Notes: generated from the sequence alone by a model not told the origin. Positions 37,189 to 49,681 are shown, counted from the first letter of the stretch. The stretch: 64,000 nucleotides of DNA from Eledone cirrhosa (GCA_964016885.1 OZ024745.1:132866001-132930000); one strand, 5' to 3'. A program made the numbers and translations.

Positions 37189-40100
37189 CATTTGCATTTA
37201 TCTTGCTTTATGTTCATACGAGTTATCACCAAGTCACAACCAGTGACCTCAAGAGACAACAAGGTCCGCCATGTTCAAGAAAGAACATACATATTCACAC
37301 ATGCATCTTTAGTGTTTAGACTTGTGATGTACTTATATTGACAGAATCTTCCTTAGTATATGGGCAGTTCCCATTAGTACTATCTTTTGTATTTCTCCTA
37401 TACGCGGGTTTCCTGGGATTTGCGATATGTAATCATTAGACCCCTTAGGTATCATTCCCAGAGCGCCTACAACCACTGGTATTGTTTTAGTTCTCAATTT
37501 CCACATTTTTCCAATTTCTATCAACAGGTCCTTATACTTGCTCAATTTTTTCTAATGTTTTTATAGATACATTCTTGTCTATTGGAACAGACATATCAAT
37601 TAGCAGGCATACCGTCTTTTGAAAGTCTTTCAATATTATATCAGGTCTGGTTGCATCTATTTTTCGGTCTGTTTGGATGCTAAAGTTCCACAAGATTGAG
37701 ATGTGATCTTTTTCAAGTATGGGAGGTGGTTGATGCTCCCCCAATTCTTTTGATGGGGCAGGTCAAAATGCTTACACATTATCCAATGTATGTATTGTGC
37801 AGCTCTGTCATGCCTGTTTAGGTATTCGGTTGGAGCTATAGGACTGCACATTGAAATTATATGGTCAATGGTCTCTGGTTGTTTTTTGCATACACGGCAT
37901 AATGGGCTGCACCCATTTTTTATTATGTTGGCTTGGTAATTTTTTGTTGGCAGACACTGATCTTGTGCCGATATAATCAGTCCTTCAGTCTCCGATTTCA
38001 GTCCAGAGGATGCCAACCAATGATGGGTTAAAGTTTTGTCAACATCAGGATTGTTAGCTCGCTCTGGGTATTTTCCATACAGAGGCTTTTCTTGCCATTT
38101 CTTAACCAGTTTCTGTAGCAGTTCTTTCTTTGCAGTTACTTTTACCTGCTTTGCTTTTTCTGTGTTTTCCATTTCAGCAGTAAATGGGACTTCTGAAATT
38201 TGTAGTCCATTACTGTATCTTTGTGCATCTTTTGTAATGGAATATGATCTTTTGATGCTTTCGTGTTTCAAAACGAGTTTGATCATCCAATCATGTGATT
38301 CCCTTAGATATGTAGATAATCCAATTGTTGCAGTTTTCAACGCAATGTCTAACTGGATTAACCCACGTCCTCCTTCTTTCCTAGGGAGATATATTCTATC
38401 TATATCTGCCCTAGGGTGATGCATTCTGTGCATGGTTAAGAATTTTCGAATTTTTGTATCGAGCCTACGGATCTCTGTGCTTGACCAGTTGATGACATTG
38501 TAACTGTAGGTTACTACTGGTATGGCAAGCGTGTTTATGGCATCGATCCTATTCCTTGCATTCAATTCCGTTCTTAAGATTGCTCTTATTCTGCGGTAAC
38601 ATTCCTTCCTTATCCTTTCCCTCATTGTCGAGTGCTTGATTCCGTCTCCTTCACAAACACCTAGATATTTGTAAGTTTTTTCTTGATCAAGTTCTCTTAT
38701 CACGTTCCCCCGATCAAGATTAATGTCTGAACTCTTCAGCAGCTTTCATCTGGTCAACGTTGCTTTGGCGCATTTATCTAGTCCAAACTCCATTTTAATG
38801 TCATCACTGAACTGCATCACAGTGGATAATAGCCCTTGCAATTGTTCATCATTTTTTGCAAATAGTTTCAGGTCATCCATGTAGAACAGGGGATTAATGG
38901 TTTTGTCATAGACTTTATATCCATGTTTTGTTTCATTGAGCATTTTACTTAATGGTATAAGTGCGATGCAGAATAAAAGCTGTGATAAAGAGTCACCCTG
39001 AAAAATTCCACAATTAATATTAACTTCTCCAGCTTCCAGTGATTTTGTTTCACTATTCAAAAGGAGTGTCGTTTTCCATGTCTTCATACTGAATGACAAA
39101 AACCTCCTGACAACGGCGGATACTTTGAAAATCTCTAAACATTTTTCAATCCAACTGTGTGGCAAACTATCAAATGCTTTTTTATAATCTATCCAAGCAA
39201 TCGATAGATTTTTGTGTCTATTATGACAATCTTCCAGTATCATTTTGTTAACCGAAGCTGATCCTTACAGCCATATGAGCCTCGTTTACACCCTTTCTGC
39301 TCAATGGGAAATAGGTCATTTGTTATCAGGTGGTCATATGTGTATTCAGTTAGGACTGATGTTAAAATTTTATACATTGTGGTCAAGCAAGTTATCGGTC
39401 TGTAATTTTTGGGATTGTTTGTCTCATCATTCCTCGGAAGCAGGAATGTAATGCCGTTAACTAGCCATGAAGGTATCTTTTCTGGCTCCTTAACTATTTC
39501 ATTGTAAAGTTGGGCTAACAGCTCATGAGACTCTGTGAAGGCATTTATCCAAAAGTTTTGTATTTTGTCTTTTCCTGGGGATTTCCATTTGCTGGTTTTT
39601 CTTAGAGCCAAGCGCAACTGTTCAACTGTTATATTTTCCCATGTTTGTTCCTCAAGGTGAGCTGTATCTTTCATTTGTCTGTCTATCCATGGGGCATGTA
39701 TGTTATGAACTTTTTCTTCGGCCCAGATCTTTTCCCAGAATTCTTGCACTTCCTCCTTGGGTGGTATTGATTTAGCAGTTATTGTTGACTTACCAATTTT
39801 TCTGTAGAAGTTTCTTTGGTTGTTTTTGAACATATTATTGTCCTTATAGAATCTAGATCGTTTTTCAAAGCGCCTTATACGAGCAGCTTTGGCCGACACT
39901 TTTTGCTTGATTATTTCTATCAGCATGTCTATGTCACATGTTGATTTTATACTGTACTTTATTTTCAATTTTCTAAGTTTAGTTTGTTTAACATGTTCAC
40001 CTACTTTATAGTTTGTTAAAATTTCTATGTCAGATCGGAGAAGGTTTATTTGGCGATTGATGTTTTCTTGCCAAGTAGATTTCTTGTGGGAATTCCTTTG

Positions 40101-41160
40101 TTTCTTCATCTTCACTCCACATAAGTGAGTGGTGACTTTAGCCGATGCATAATAGAGATGATTTAAATCAGTAATGTTTAGTTTGTTTGTGATGATAATG
40201 TTTTTGAGAATTATGTTAGTCTTGTGTATTATCTTTTGGTTTTGTTTGGAGTTCTAGATCTTAGGGAGGGTGTCTTGTTTCCCCATGTCAGATTCTTTCA
40301 TTTTCATCCATTCGATCATAATTCCAATCTTCAAGTTGGCAAGTTCATTCTCATTCATTTCTTTATCATTTACGATCTCATTATTTTCATTTGGAGTTTC
40401 ATCCTGAGCATGCACTCCCTCCACTTTTTCGATCCTTTCTCTAATTTGTTCTGTTTCCAGTGATTCCGCCCCAACCCTGGGATTCGAAGTGTTACAGTTT
40501 ACCTCGTTTTCACTGACACATGTTTCATTTTCCCTTCGCTGACTTTGTGCTAATAGCTTGATCTGATCAATTTCTATATCAGTTAGTAACTTTTTTCTTA
40601 CAATATTTCTTCGTATGTTGGCTAGTTAGTTACTGTCAATATAGCCTCTGTTTTCGGGATGTTCCTTTTTCCAGTTGATATATGTCTGTTCTGTATTCGA
40701 TGTATTTGATGGGTAGTACATGGCAGTGTAGAAAGCCTCAAGGACTTCTTTATTATCTTCCCTTGACCATTTTTCTCTCTTTTTCTTTGGATTTCTTGGT
40801 GGTGAGCATGGAGGGCCAACAGTAGGATTATTCCGGTTATGGGAGGTCTCCAGCTCCGAAGTGATGGGAAGGTTTGAACCATTAGCTGATTTTTCGACCC
40901 CAGTCTGGTTCCTCTCTGAGCGACGCGGCCCTTTTTTACCCGGGTGACGGCTGATCCGGTATGAGATTTTATCATTAGACATTTACTTTATTTTTTCGCG
41001 TTTTATCCTTATCCGCCAAGGGGTAATCATTTCGTGTTACCACTTCTAGAACGAGTGTCAACCAAGACTAGAGGGGTCGTTATCCCCTAGAGACACGACT
41101 ATTCCCTGCCGGCCGCCATCCCGGTATTTCTTGGTCACGGGGTTTTCTTTTTGTTGTTTT
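37189..41160 (-). mobile_element. R4/Dong-like family B copy 3, apparently full length (~4 kb), ORF broken by a few frameshifts/stops
   Basis: ATG 40982, Myb-like REKWSREDNKEVLEAFY, RT (NYRPIT, WIDYKKAFD, GIFQGDSLS, FYMDDLKLF), CRVCKKQPETIDHIISMC, RPDII...IDMSVP; stop at 37333; (TAA)n tail. Confidence 0.96.
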
Positions 41161-41227
41161 TTTTTAAATTGTTATTATCATGAGTGGTTCCTTAATGTGA
41201 ACATTGCGTGGCTTAAGAATGAAATTA

Positions 41228-41282
41228 TTAATAATTGTCTCCACTCCAGGCACAAGGCCAGCAATCACCCAGTGCATTACAA
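41228..41282 (-). mobile_element. SINE S1 3' stub
   Basis: GGCACAAGGCCAGCAATCACCCAGTGCATTAC on +. Confidence 0.75.
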
Positions 41283-41435
41283 TAATATAATATACTTTTT
41301 GTTGTAGTTGGCTGTTATTGTTGTTGGCTATGTCGGTGGTGGTGCCGGGGCTTTTTATATTGTTGGTGAGGAAGGGGTGAGCCAGCAGTCCCATAGTTGT
41401 TGATATTGTCGTTTGGCCTTGGCCAGGTCACTAAG

Positions 41436-42115
41436 TCAATCTATTTATATATTTTGCTAGCCTCTCCCTTGTCTAGTGATACCGCCATCTTCCCCTTTCT
41501 CTCTCAAGTTAACAGGGGAATAGTGGTGGTAGCATTGAAGGAGTGGTGGCGGCGGGGAGATGTGGGAGACAGTAGCGGCGGTATCGATACTGAGACAGTG
41601 GTGGTGGTGGTGATGTCGATACCGAGGCAGTGGTGGTGGTGACGTGATCGTATTACTGTAGTGATGGTGTTGTAGCGGTGGTAGCAATGAAGGAGTGGTG
41701 GCGGCGGTGATGGGATAGTGGTGGTAATGATGGCAGTAGTGAGTGGTGGTGATGAAATTGCCGTTATCTGGCTGTTGTGTTTAGTGTACACAGAGAGGTG
41801 ATGGGGTAGGTGTTGTATCTAGTTTCTGGTATTGTTTGGCTGTTCTATATAGCGTAGACAGAGGGGGGGGGGTTCTTCTTCCATTTATAGCCATTTTCTT
41901 TTTTGAATATACAATGTACAATACAAAGTTGAATATTTGAATATTTGAGCCTTATAACAATATATTTTGGGTCCGAATTTTTTGGGGCTCAAGCCGGATG
42001 CTTTACGTAGCATTTGTACTAAGAGTTGTTATTTCACAAATGATATAAATGTTAAAAATTCAAAACTTACGGGAGCGATTTCATGACCTTCCGTCACCTC
42101 GTGCGTCTTCTTCCC

Positions 42116-42116
<1 letters not shown>
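41436..42116. repeat. Unit X, copy 2
   Basis: Colinear with 23880-24690; ends GTCTTCTTCCCT directly into (TTA)n. Confidence 0.85.
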
Positions 42117-42152
<36 letters not shown>

Positions 42153-42153
<1 letters not shown>

Positions 42154-44059
42154 TCGATAGGGTCGACCATCGTTACCTAGCGGCAGTCCTGAGGGCGGCT
42201 GGCTTTGGGCCCGTCTTCAGAGGCTGGATCGCTGCCATGCACAGCGACATCTGCTCTGTGGTGAGAGTGAACGGTCACCTGTCGGAACCGTTCAACATCA
42301 TGCGCTCGGTCCGCCAAGGATGTCCCCTCTCGTCCCTCTTGTACGTATTGACTCTCGAGCCATTACTGCACAAACTGGAGACGTTGAGGGGGGTCCCGCG
42401 CGAACTAGGATGCGGAAGATCCGTGTCAGCATATGCGGACGATGTCACCGTAGTGGTGTCGAACGCCAAACACATCGAGGCGATCGGCACTACACTAAGA
42501 GAATACGAAGCGGTGACAGGAGCAATGATCAACCAGGAAAAGTCAGTGGGCCTGCAGCTCGGCACCTGGAGAAGCAGGTCCATGCCGTCCAACAGCGTCG
42601 TCGGGCGCTGGACGGACGGACCGGTTAAATTGCTAGGGGTCTGGTTCGGTCCGGACCTCCAGACGGACAAAAACTGGGACGAGGTGACGAGCAGGGTGGC
42701 TTCTCTCACCCAGAAATGGGCGGAGAGGAAGCTATCACTGAAAGGTCGAGCGGAGGTGGCTAACGCGTACATCGCGTCTGTCATCTGCTACCGCCTAACC
42801 GTCGTACCTTGTCCTAAGCCTCGCCTGACTGCGCTGGAGCGTTTGCTCTTTCGCTTTTTGTGGAAGGGACGTGCTCCGATGGTCAGGCGGTCCATCTGTT
42901 GTCAACACCCGCTACGTGGAGGGCTGGGCATGCGGTGGCTGATGATGCGCAGGCACGCGCTCAGGCTACGACATCTCCACCTCTTCCTCGACGGTGATCA
43001 GGTGTGGTCGCCGTTTGCTAGACGCGTTTTTCCCCAGCTCGTTTCCTTGACGGAGCTGCAGTCCTGGGTCAAGCGAAGACCGAGAGGGAGCGCCTGGAGA
43101 CTGGAATGTCTTCAGGCGCTCACAGCCCTCGACCAATCGGGCAATGTGATCGGTGGAAACTCCACCTCGGCGTTCTATAGAGGATTAGTGGAGGGGAAGA
43201 GCGACGACGTACTTGGGGAAACTCTAGGCGTCGACGAAAATCAACTAGCCAATCTCTTCGGAAGAACTTTCGGGCCGGGGCCTATGGACAACTTCCAGAA
43301 ATCTCTGGCCTGGCAGTGCTACCGAGGAGCCTTGCCAGTTCGGGATAAACTCTACAGGCATGGAGGTGCCGTCATCCGGGCATGTCCGAGATGCGCGCAG
43401 GGCGACGAAACCGTCCTGCACGCACTCGTCCAGTGTCCGAAAATTGCTGACTTGTGGGTTTATGTCGAACACCTGCTGTCGCGTTTAGGACGGATCCAGC
43501 TATCATCTGAGTCTATCGTGAGGATTGCCCCGCCCTCCTCCTTTAGCCGGGAAGGGCAGGCAGTTTTTATCTGTCTGGTGGCCATGGCGAAAGAGATAGT
43601 ATGGTGGACACGTTTGAAAGGGCTGAAGACGAGCACTTACCTCTTCGGTGATGCTCTGATTGACTTTTTCAAATTTCATTTGAAAAGGAAAATCAGAGTA
43701 GAGAAGGAAGTGCTCTCTTTCCAGCATTTTGTTGAAAGATGGGTGAGAGAAGCAAGAATGGCCCGAGTGAATGGGCCGACTCTGAGTATATATCTGTAAA
43801 CTAAAGGTGGAAAACTGGGAGAGGGCACTTGCCTTGGTGGTCAGGGTCATTGTGGCTTTTTACTGGGCTTTCTCCACAAATGTCCCTCCGAAGTCTCCCC
43901 CCTATTGGGGAATTTTTCATTGTTATTTTCATTGTTATTTTTGTTACATCCTCTGTTTTTGTTTTTTTACACGCAGAAATGCCCATTTGTACCGTCCTGC
44001 ATTGTCCTGCACTGTCCTTAATGTCTACTTTATGTAAACCCTTGTGGTTAATAAAGAAA

Positions 44060-44061
<2 letters not shown>
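42153..44061 (+). mobile_element. Tx1/L1-clade LINE, 5'-truncated, uninterrupted ORF2 portion (RT plus zf-RVT), flanked by (TTA)n on both sides
   Basis: FDRVDHRYL, SVRQGCPLSSLLYVL, YADDVT, KLLGVWF, RKLSLKGRAEVAN, CPRCAQGDETVLHALVQC; stop at 43799; AATAAA then (ATT)n. Confidence 0.95.
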
Positions 44062-44124
<63 letters not shown>

Positions 44125-44130
44125 GTTATT

Positions 44131-46076
44131 ACTCCTTGAGTCTCAGTCATTGATGTTAGTTAACTGGAAAGTTTGTTGGAATGAGTATCAAGCCACTACC
44201 TGCAGCCTCAGATATTCAGGACGTATCGGAGGGTTCTTGCTGTTCCCAGCAAGCATGCCTTTTGAAGCGTTACAAAATGCGTGAAGGGGCCGATTTTCTT
44301 TAACCATCCCTGGAAACCTTTGGAGATAGTCCCCAGTGCGCCTATGACAATCGGGATCACTTTGACTTCATGGCAGTTCCAAATCCTCTTTACTTCCCAC
44401 TTTAAGTCTTGGTATCGGTTAATTTTCTCCCTCTCCTTATCTTACACTCTCGTGTCGAATGGGCAGGCCACATCCACAATCAGGCACGATCTTTTTTCAT
44501 TGTCCACAACCACTAGGTCAGGTCTATTGTGTTCCAGTTTCTTCTCCGTCTGTATCCTAAAATCCCACAGCACCTTCACCTGATCGTTCTCTATCACCGC
44601 CTCTGGCTTATGCTCATACCATTTCTCAGAATGTGGTAAATTGTTTACTTTGCACAGGTGCCAGTGGATCACCCTACCCATCACATCATGTCTTCAGCCC
44701 TTATAGTGGGTCTGGGCTAGGTGTTTACGCTCGGATACAATATGATCCACAGTCTCCTCTCTCTCTCCACAGATCCTGCACAGTGGGCTAGCCTCCTCCT
44801 TGTAAATATGGTGTTTCAACCACTTCGTTTTGAGGGCCTGCTCCTGCGCAGCCATTAACATTCCATCTGTAGCCTTTTTAAGGTCTCCTCTTTTCAACCA
44901 GTTCCATGTCTGTGGATCTCTAAATTCAGTTTTCTCAAAGAAGGTACTATGAAGGGATTTTTCCTGAAGGCTGCTCTTTCTCCTTGATGTTATTTCTTCC
45001 TTGGACACCTCCTGGCCTATTGTCTCCTCCTTCAGTACAGTTCTGAGCATTGGCTCCTTACTATCAGTCACGTATTTGTGAAGGTTGTTTTTCTCTATCT
45101 GAACACAGTCCTCTATGGTGATAAGACCTCTTGCACCCTCAGATCTCCTTAAGTAGAGTCTATCGACATCACTCCTCTTGTGGAACATGTTGTAGATTGT
45201 CAATAGCTTCCTAGTCTTCCTATCCATTTCTTTTTGTTCAGCAACATTCCATCTCAGAATTCCCGCACTGTACCTAATAATAGACACAGCTCGGGAATTT
45301 ACTGCGCTTATGGCATTTCTGCTGTTCAGATGTGACTTCAATACGCTCCTTACTCTCCGAATGTATTCAGTTCTTAACAATTCCTTCATTTTTTTGTTCT
45401 TTATGCCATCAGCCTCCAGAACGCCCAAATACTTGTATCCTTCCTCAGAGTCAATTTCCTTTATCATCTCACCCGTTGGTATATGGATCCCGTTACTTCT
45501 GCTCAACCTACCCCTCATCATCACAATGACTCCACACTTACTAATACCAAATTGCATACATTTATCACTGCTAAAAATACGGACAGTGTCAACAAGCACA
45601 TCCAACTCCTTCTCACTCTTCCCGAAGAGCTTAAGATCGTCCATGAAGAGGAGGTGATTGATGGTAAGCCCTCCCTTTCCCAACCTGTATCCTGCTCTCA
45701 CTTTTCGCAGTACACTGGTCAGGGGCATCAGGGCAAGGACAAACAACAGAGGGGACAGGCTATCTCCCTGTAAGATACCTCTCTTGATCTTCACGCTTCC
45801 CAAGGATTCTCCAGTTGATGTCAACTCTGTTTCCCAGGACCTCATACTTTTGCCCAACAATTGTCTGATGTTATCTGCCACCTTGAAGATCTCCAGGCTT
45901 TTGGTGATCCAAGAATGAGGCACCATGTCAAATGCCTTTCTGTAGTCTATCCATCCCATGGCAAGATCAGTGTGTCTCCTCCTGCAATTCCCCATTACCA
46001 TCTTATCAATAAGTAACTGGTTCTTTGTACCACGTGACTTCTTTCGGCATCCTTTCTGTTCGTCCGGTAACAAGTT
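44131..46076 (-). mobile_element. R4/Dong-like family A1 copy 5, 5'-truncated
   Basis: 470-aa frame with RT and zinc knuckle, then RLE with stops; tail-to-tail with the Tx1 copy across one (TTA)n tract. Confidence 0.96.
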
Positions 46077-46087
46077 TATTATTATTG

Positions 46088-48676
46088 TTCTTTGAGTCTC
46101 AGTCATTGATGTTATTTAACTGGAAAGTTTGTTGTAATGAATATAAAGCCACTACCTGCAGCCTCAGATATTCAGGACGTATCCGAGGGTTATTGCTATT
46201 CCCAGCAAGCATGCCTTTTGAAGTGTTCCAAAAAGCGGAGAGGGACCGATTTTCTTTAACCATCCTTGGAAACTCTTTGAGATAGTACCTAGTGCGTCTA
46301 TGACAATCGGGACCACTTTGACTTCATGGCAGTTCCAAATCCTTTTTACCTCCCACTTTAAGTCCTGGTATCGGTTAATTTTCTCCCTCTCCTTCTCTTG
46401 CACTCTCGTGTCGAATCGGCATGCTACATCCACCATCAGGCACGATCTGTTTCCCTTGTTTCAAAACCACCAGGTCAGGTCTATTGTGTTCCAGTTTCTT
46501 GTCCCTCTGTATCCTAAAATCCCATAACACTTCACCTGATCGTTTTTTATCACGGACTCTGGCTTATGCTCATACCATTACTCAGAATGTGGTAAATTGT
46601 ATACTTTGCATTGGTGCTAGTGGATCACCCTGCCCATCACATCATGTCTCCAGCCTTCATAGTGAGTCTGGGCTAGGTGTTTACACTCTGATACAATGTG
46701 AGCCACAGTCTCCTCTCTCTCTCCACAGGGCCTGCTCTTCCGCAGCCATTATCATTCCTTCTGTAGCCTTTTTAAGGTCTCCTCTTTTCAACCAGTTCCA
46801 TGTCTGTGGATCTCTAAATTCAGTCTTCTCAAAGAAGGTACTATGAAGGGATTTATCATGAAGGTTGCTCTTTCTCCTTGTTGTTATTTCCTCCCTGGAC
46901 ATCCACTAGTCTATTGTCCTCTCCTTCGGTACAATTCTGAGCATTGGCTCCCTACTATCAGTCACGTATTTGTGTAGGTTGTTCTTTCCATCTGAACACA
47001 ATCCTCTATGCTGATAAGACCTCTTCCACCTTCAGTTCTCCTGAAGTAGAGTCTATCGACATCACTTCTCTTGTGGGACATGTTGTAGATAGTCAATAGC
47101 TTCCTAGTCTTCCTATCCATTTCTTTTTGTTCAGCGACATTCCATCTCAACATTCCATACTCCAGCAACATTCCATACTGTTCAGATGTGAGTTTAATGC
47201 GATCCTTACACTCCGAATGTATTCAGATCGTATCAATTCCTTCATTTTTTTGTTCTTGATGTCATCAGCCTCCAGAACACTTACATATTTGTATTCTTCT
47301 TCAGTGTCAATTTCCTTTATCGTCTCACTTGTTGGTACCTGGATTCCGTTGCTTCTGCTCAATTTATCCCTCTTCACCACAAGTACTCCACACTTACTAA
47401 TACCAAATTGCATACATATATCATTGCTGAAAATACGGACAGTGTCAACAAGCACATTCAACTCCTTTTCACTCTTCCCGAAGAGCTTAAGATCGTCAAT
47501 GAAGAGGAGGTGATTGATGTTAAGCTTTTCCTTTCCCAACTTGTATCCTGCTCTCACCTTTCGTAGTATAATAGTCAGGGGCATCACAGCAAGGACAAAC
47601 AAAAGAGGGGACAGACTATCTCCCTGGAAGATACCTCTCTTGATCTTCACGCCTCCCAAGGATTCTCCGCCCGATGTTAACTCTGTTTTCCAGGACTTCA
47701 TACTTTTACTCAGCAACTGTCTGATGTTATCTGCCACCTTGAAGATCTCTAGGCTTTTGGTTATCCAAGAATGACGTACCATGTCGAATGCCTTTTTGTA
47801 GTCTATCCATCCCACGGCAAGACCAGTGTGTCTCCTCCTGCAATTCCTCATTACCATCTTATCAATAAGTAACTGGTCCTTTGTACCATGGCATTTCTTT
47901 CGGCATCCTTTCTGTTCGTCCGGTAACAAGTTGTTTATGTGGAGGTGATGGTAGATTTCCTCATACACAATGCTTGTTAATAGGTCTATATTTGGTAACA
48001 TCATAACCCTTGGTTCGGTCTTTCATTACCAGAATTGTGGTACCTTTTGTCAACCCCTCTGGTACCTCACCTGAAATCAAGCAGTCATTTAACATGGTTG
48101 TCGGTTTCGGTTGAAGGGATGTTACATTTTTAATCCAATACCCCTGCACACCATCTGGGCCTGGTGATTTCCAGTTGGTTAGTTTTCTGGCCTGCCCCAA
48201 GAGTTTCAACTGTGATACTCAAATCTGTTTGTTGGTGTGCCTGTTCACTAATCTCCTTTTGTACTGTCTCAATCCACACTACCTGATCATTATGTCTAAC
48301 ATCCTGCTCCCATATTCCTCTCCAGAATGTCTTAGTTTGTTCCGCCTGAGGGATCAAGTCGTTGCCTCTTTCTTTCCCTTCAAGCTGTCCAAACATCTTC
48401 CGGTTGTTGTCAAACATGCGGTTCTGTTTATACTGACTGACTCTCTTCTCGTATCGCCTAATATTTGCGCTCTTTGCTACAATGTGTTGCTTCAATTCCT
48501 ATATGATAATATTTAGCTATTTCCTCCTAGTTTTGTACTTTATTTCCAGTCTATTTTTAGTGTCTATGTTTTGAAGTGTCCCATTCAGTAGGGACTCAAG
48601 CTTTCCAATGTCATTTCCCTGATTTGACCATTCAGTTGTTTCTTCCACCAAGGTTCTGATCTTTCTTGTTTGTTGT
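46088..48676 (-). mobile_element. R4/Dong-like subfamily A2 copy, 5'-truncated, heavily decayed
   Basis: RT HLLFIDDLKLF and RLE remnants; diagnostic residues shared with 21030-23690 (KELIR, GGVKIKR, TIILRK). Confidence 0.94.
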
Positions 48677-48691
48677 GTCCTATTATTATTA

Positions 48692-49512
48692 TCTTCGGAA
48701 GAACTTGTTGTGTCCTATTATTATTATCTTCGGAAGAACTTTCGGGACGGGGCCTATGGACAACTTCCAGAAATCCCTGCCCTGGCAGTGCTACAGAGGA
48801 GCCTTGCCAGTTCGGGATAAACTCTACAGGCATGGAGGTGCCGTCAGCCGGACATGTCTGAGATGCGCGCAGGGCGACGAAACCGTCCTGCACACACTCG
48901 TCCAGTATCCGAGAATTGCTGACTTGTGGGTTTATGTCGAACAACTGCTGTCCCGTATAGGACGGATCCGGCTATCAGCTGAGTCCATCGTGAGGATTGC
49001 CCCGCCCTCTTCGTTTAGCCGGGAAGGCAGTTTTTATCTATTTGGTGACCATGGCGAAAGAGATAGTATGGTGGACACGTTTAAAAGGGCTGAAGACGAG
49101 CACTTACCTCTTCGGTGATGCCCTGATTAACGTTTTCAAATTTCATTTGAAAAGGAAAATCAGAGTAGAGAAGGAAGTGTTCTCTTCCCAGCATTTTGTT
49201 GAAAGATGGGTGAGAGAAGCAAGAATGGCTCGAGTGAATGGGCCTACTCTGAGTATGTGTCTGTAAATTAAAGGTGGAAAACTGGGTGAGGGCACTTGCC
49301 TTGGTGGTCAGGGTCACTGTGGCCTTTTACTGGGCTTTCTCCACAAATGTCCCCCCGAAGTCTGCCACCTTATTGGGGAATTTTTCATTGTTATTTTCAT
49401 TACATCCTCTGTTTTTGTTTTTTACACGCAGAAATGCCCATGTGTACCGTCCTGTATTGTCCTGTACTGTCCTTAATGTCTACTTTATGTAAACCCTTGA
49501 GGTTAATAAACA

Positions 49513-49516
<4 letters not shown>
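48692..49516 (+). mobile_element. Tx1-clade LINE 3' fragment with (TTA)n tail
   Basis: Colinear with 43255-44061; head-to-head with the A2 copy. Confidence 0.95.
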
Positions 49517-49560
<44 letters not shown>

Positions 49561-49622
49561 CCTCATTATCAGTAGTATCAGTAGTAGTAGTATTAGTAGT
49601 AGTAGTAGTAGTGGTAGTCGTT

Positions 49623-49680
<58 letters not shown>
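49517..49680. repeat. (TTA)n grading into (TAG)n
   Basis: Direct reading. Confidence 0.95.

Positions 49681-49681
<1 letters not shown>

Noticed and set aside
21312-48516. Many 60-170 aa ORFs antisense to the LINE copies (e.g. MKGPIFFNHPW repeated four times)
   Set aside because: Shadow frames of retrotransposon ORFs; they recur only because the element is repeated
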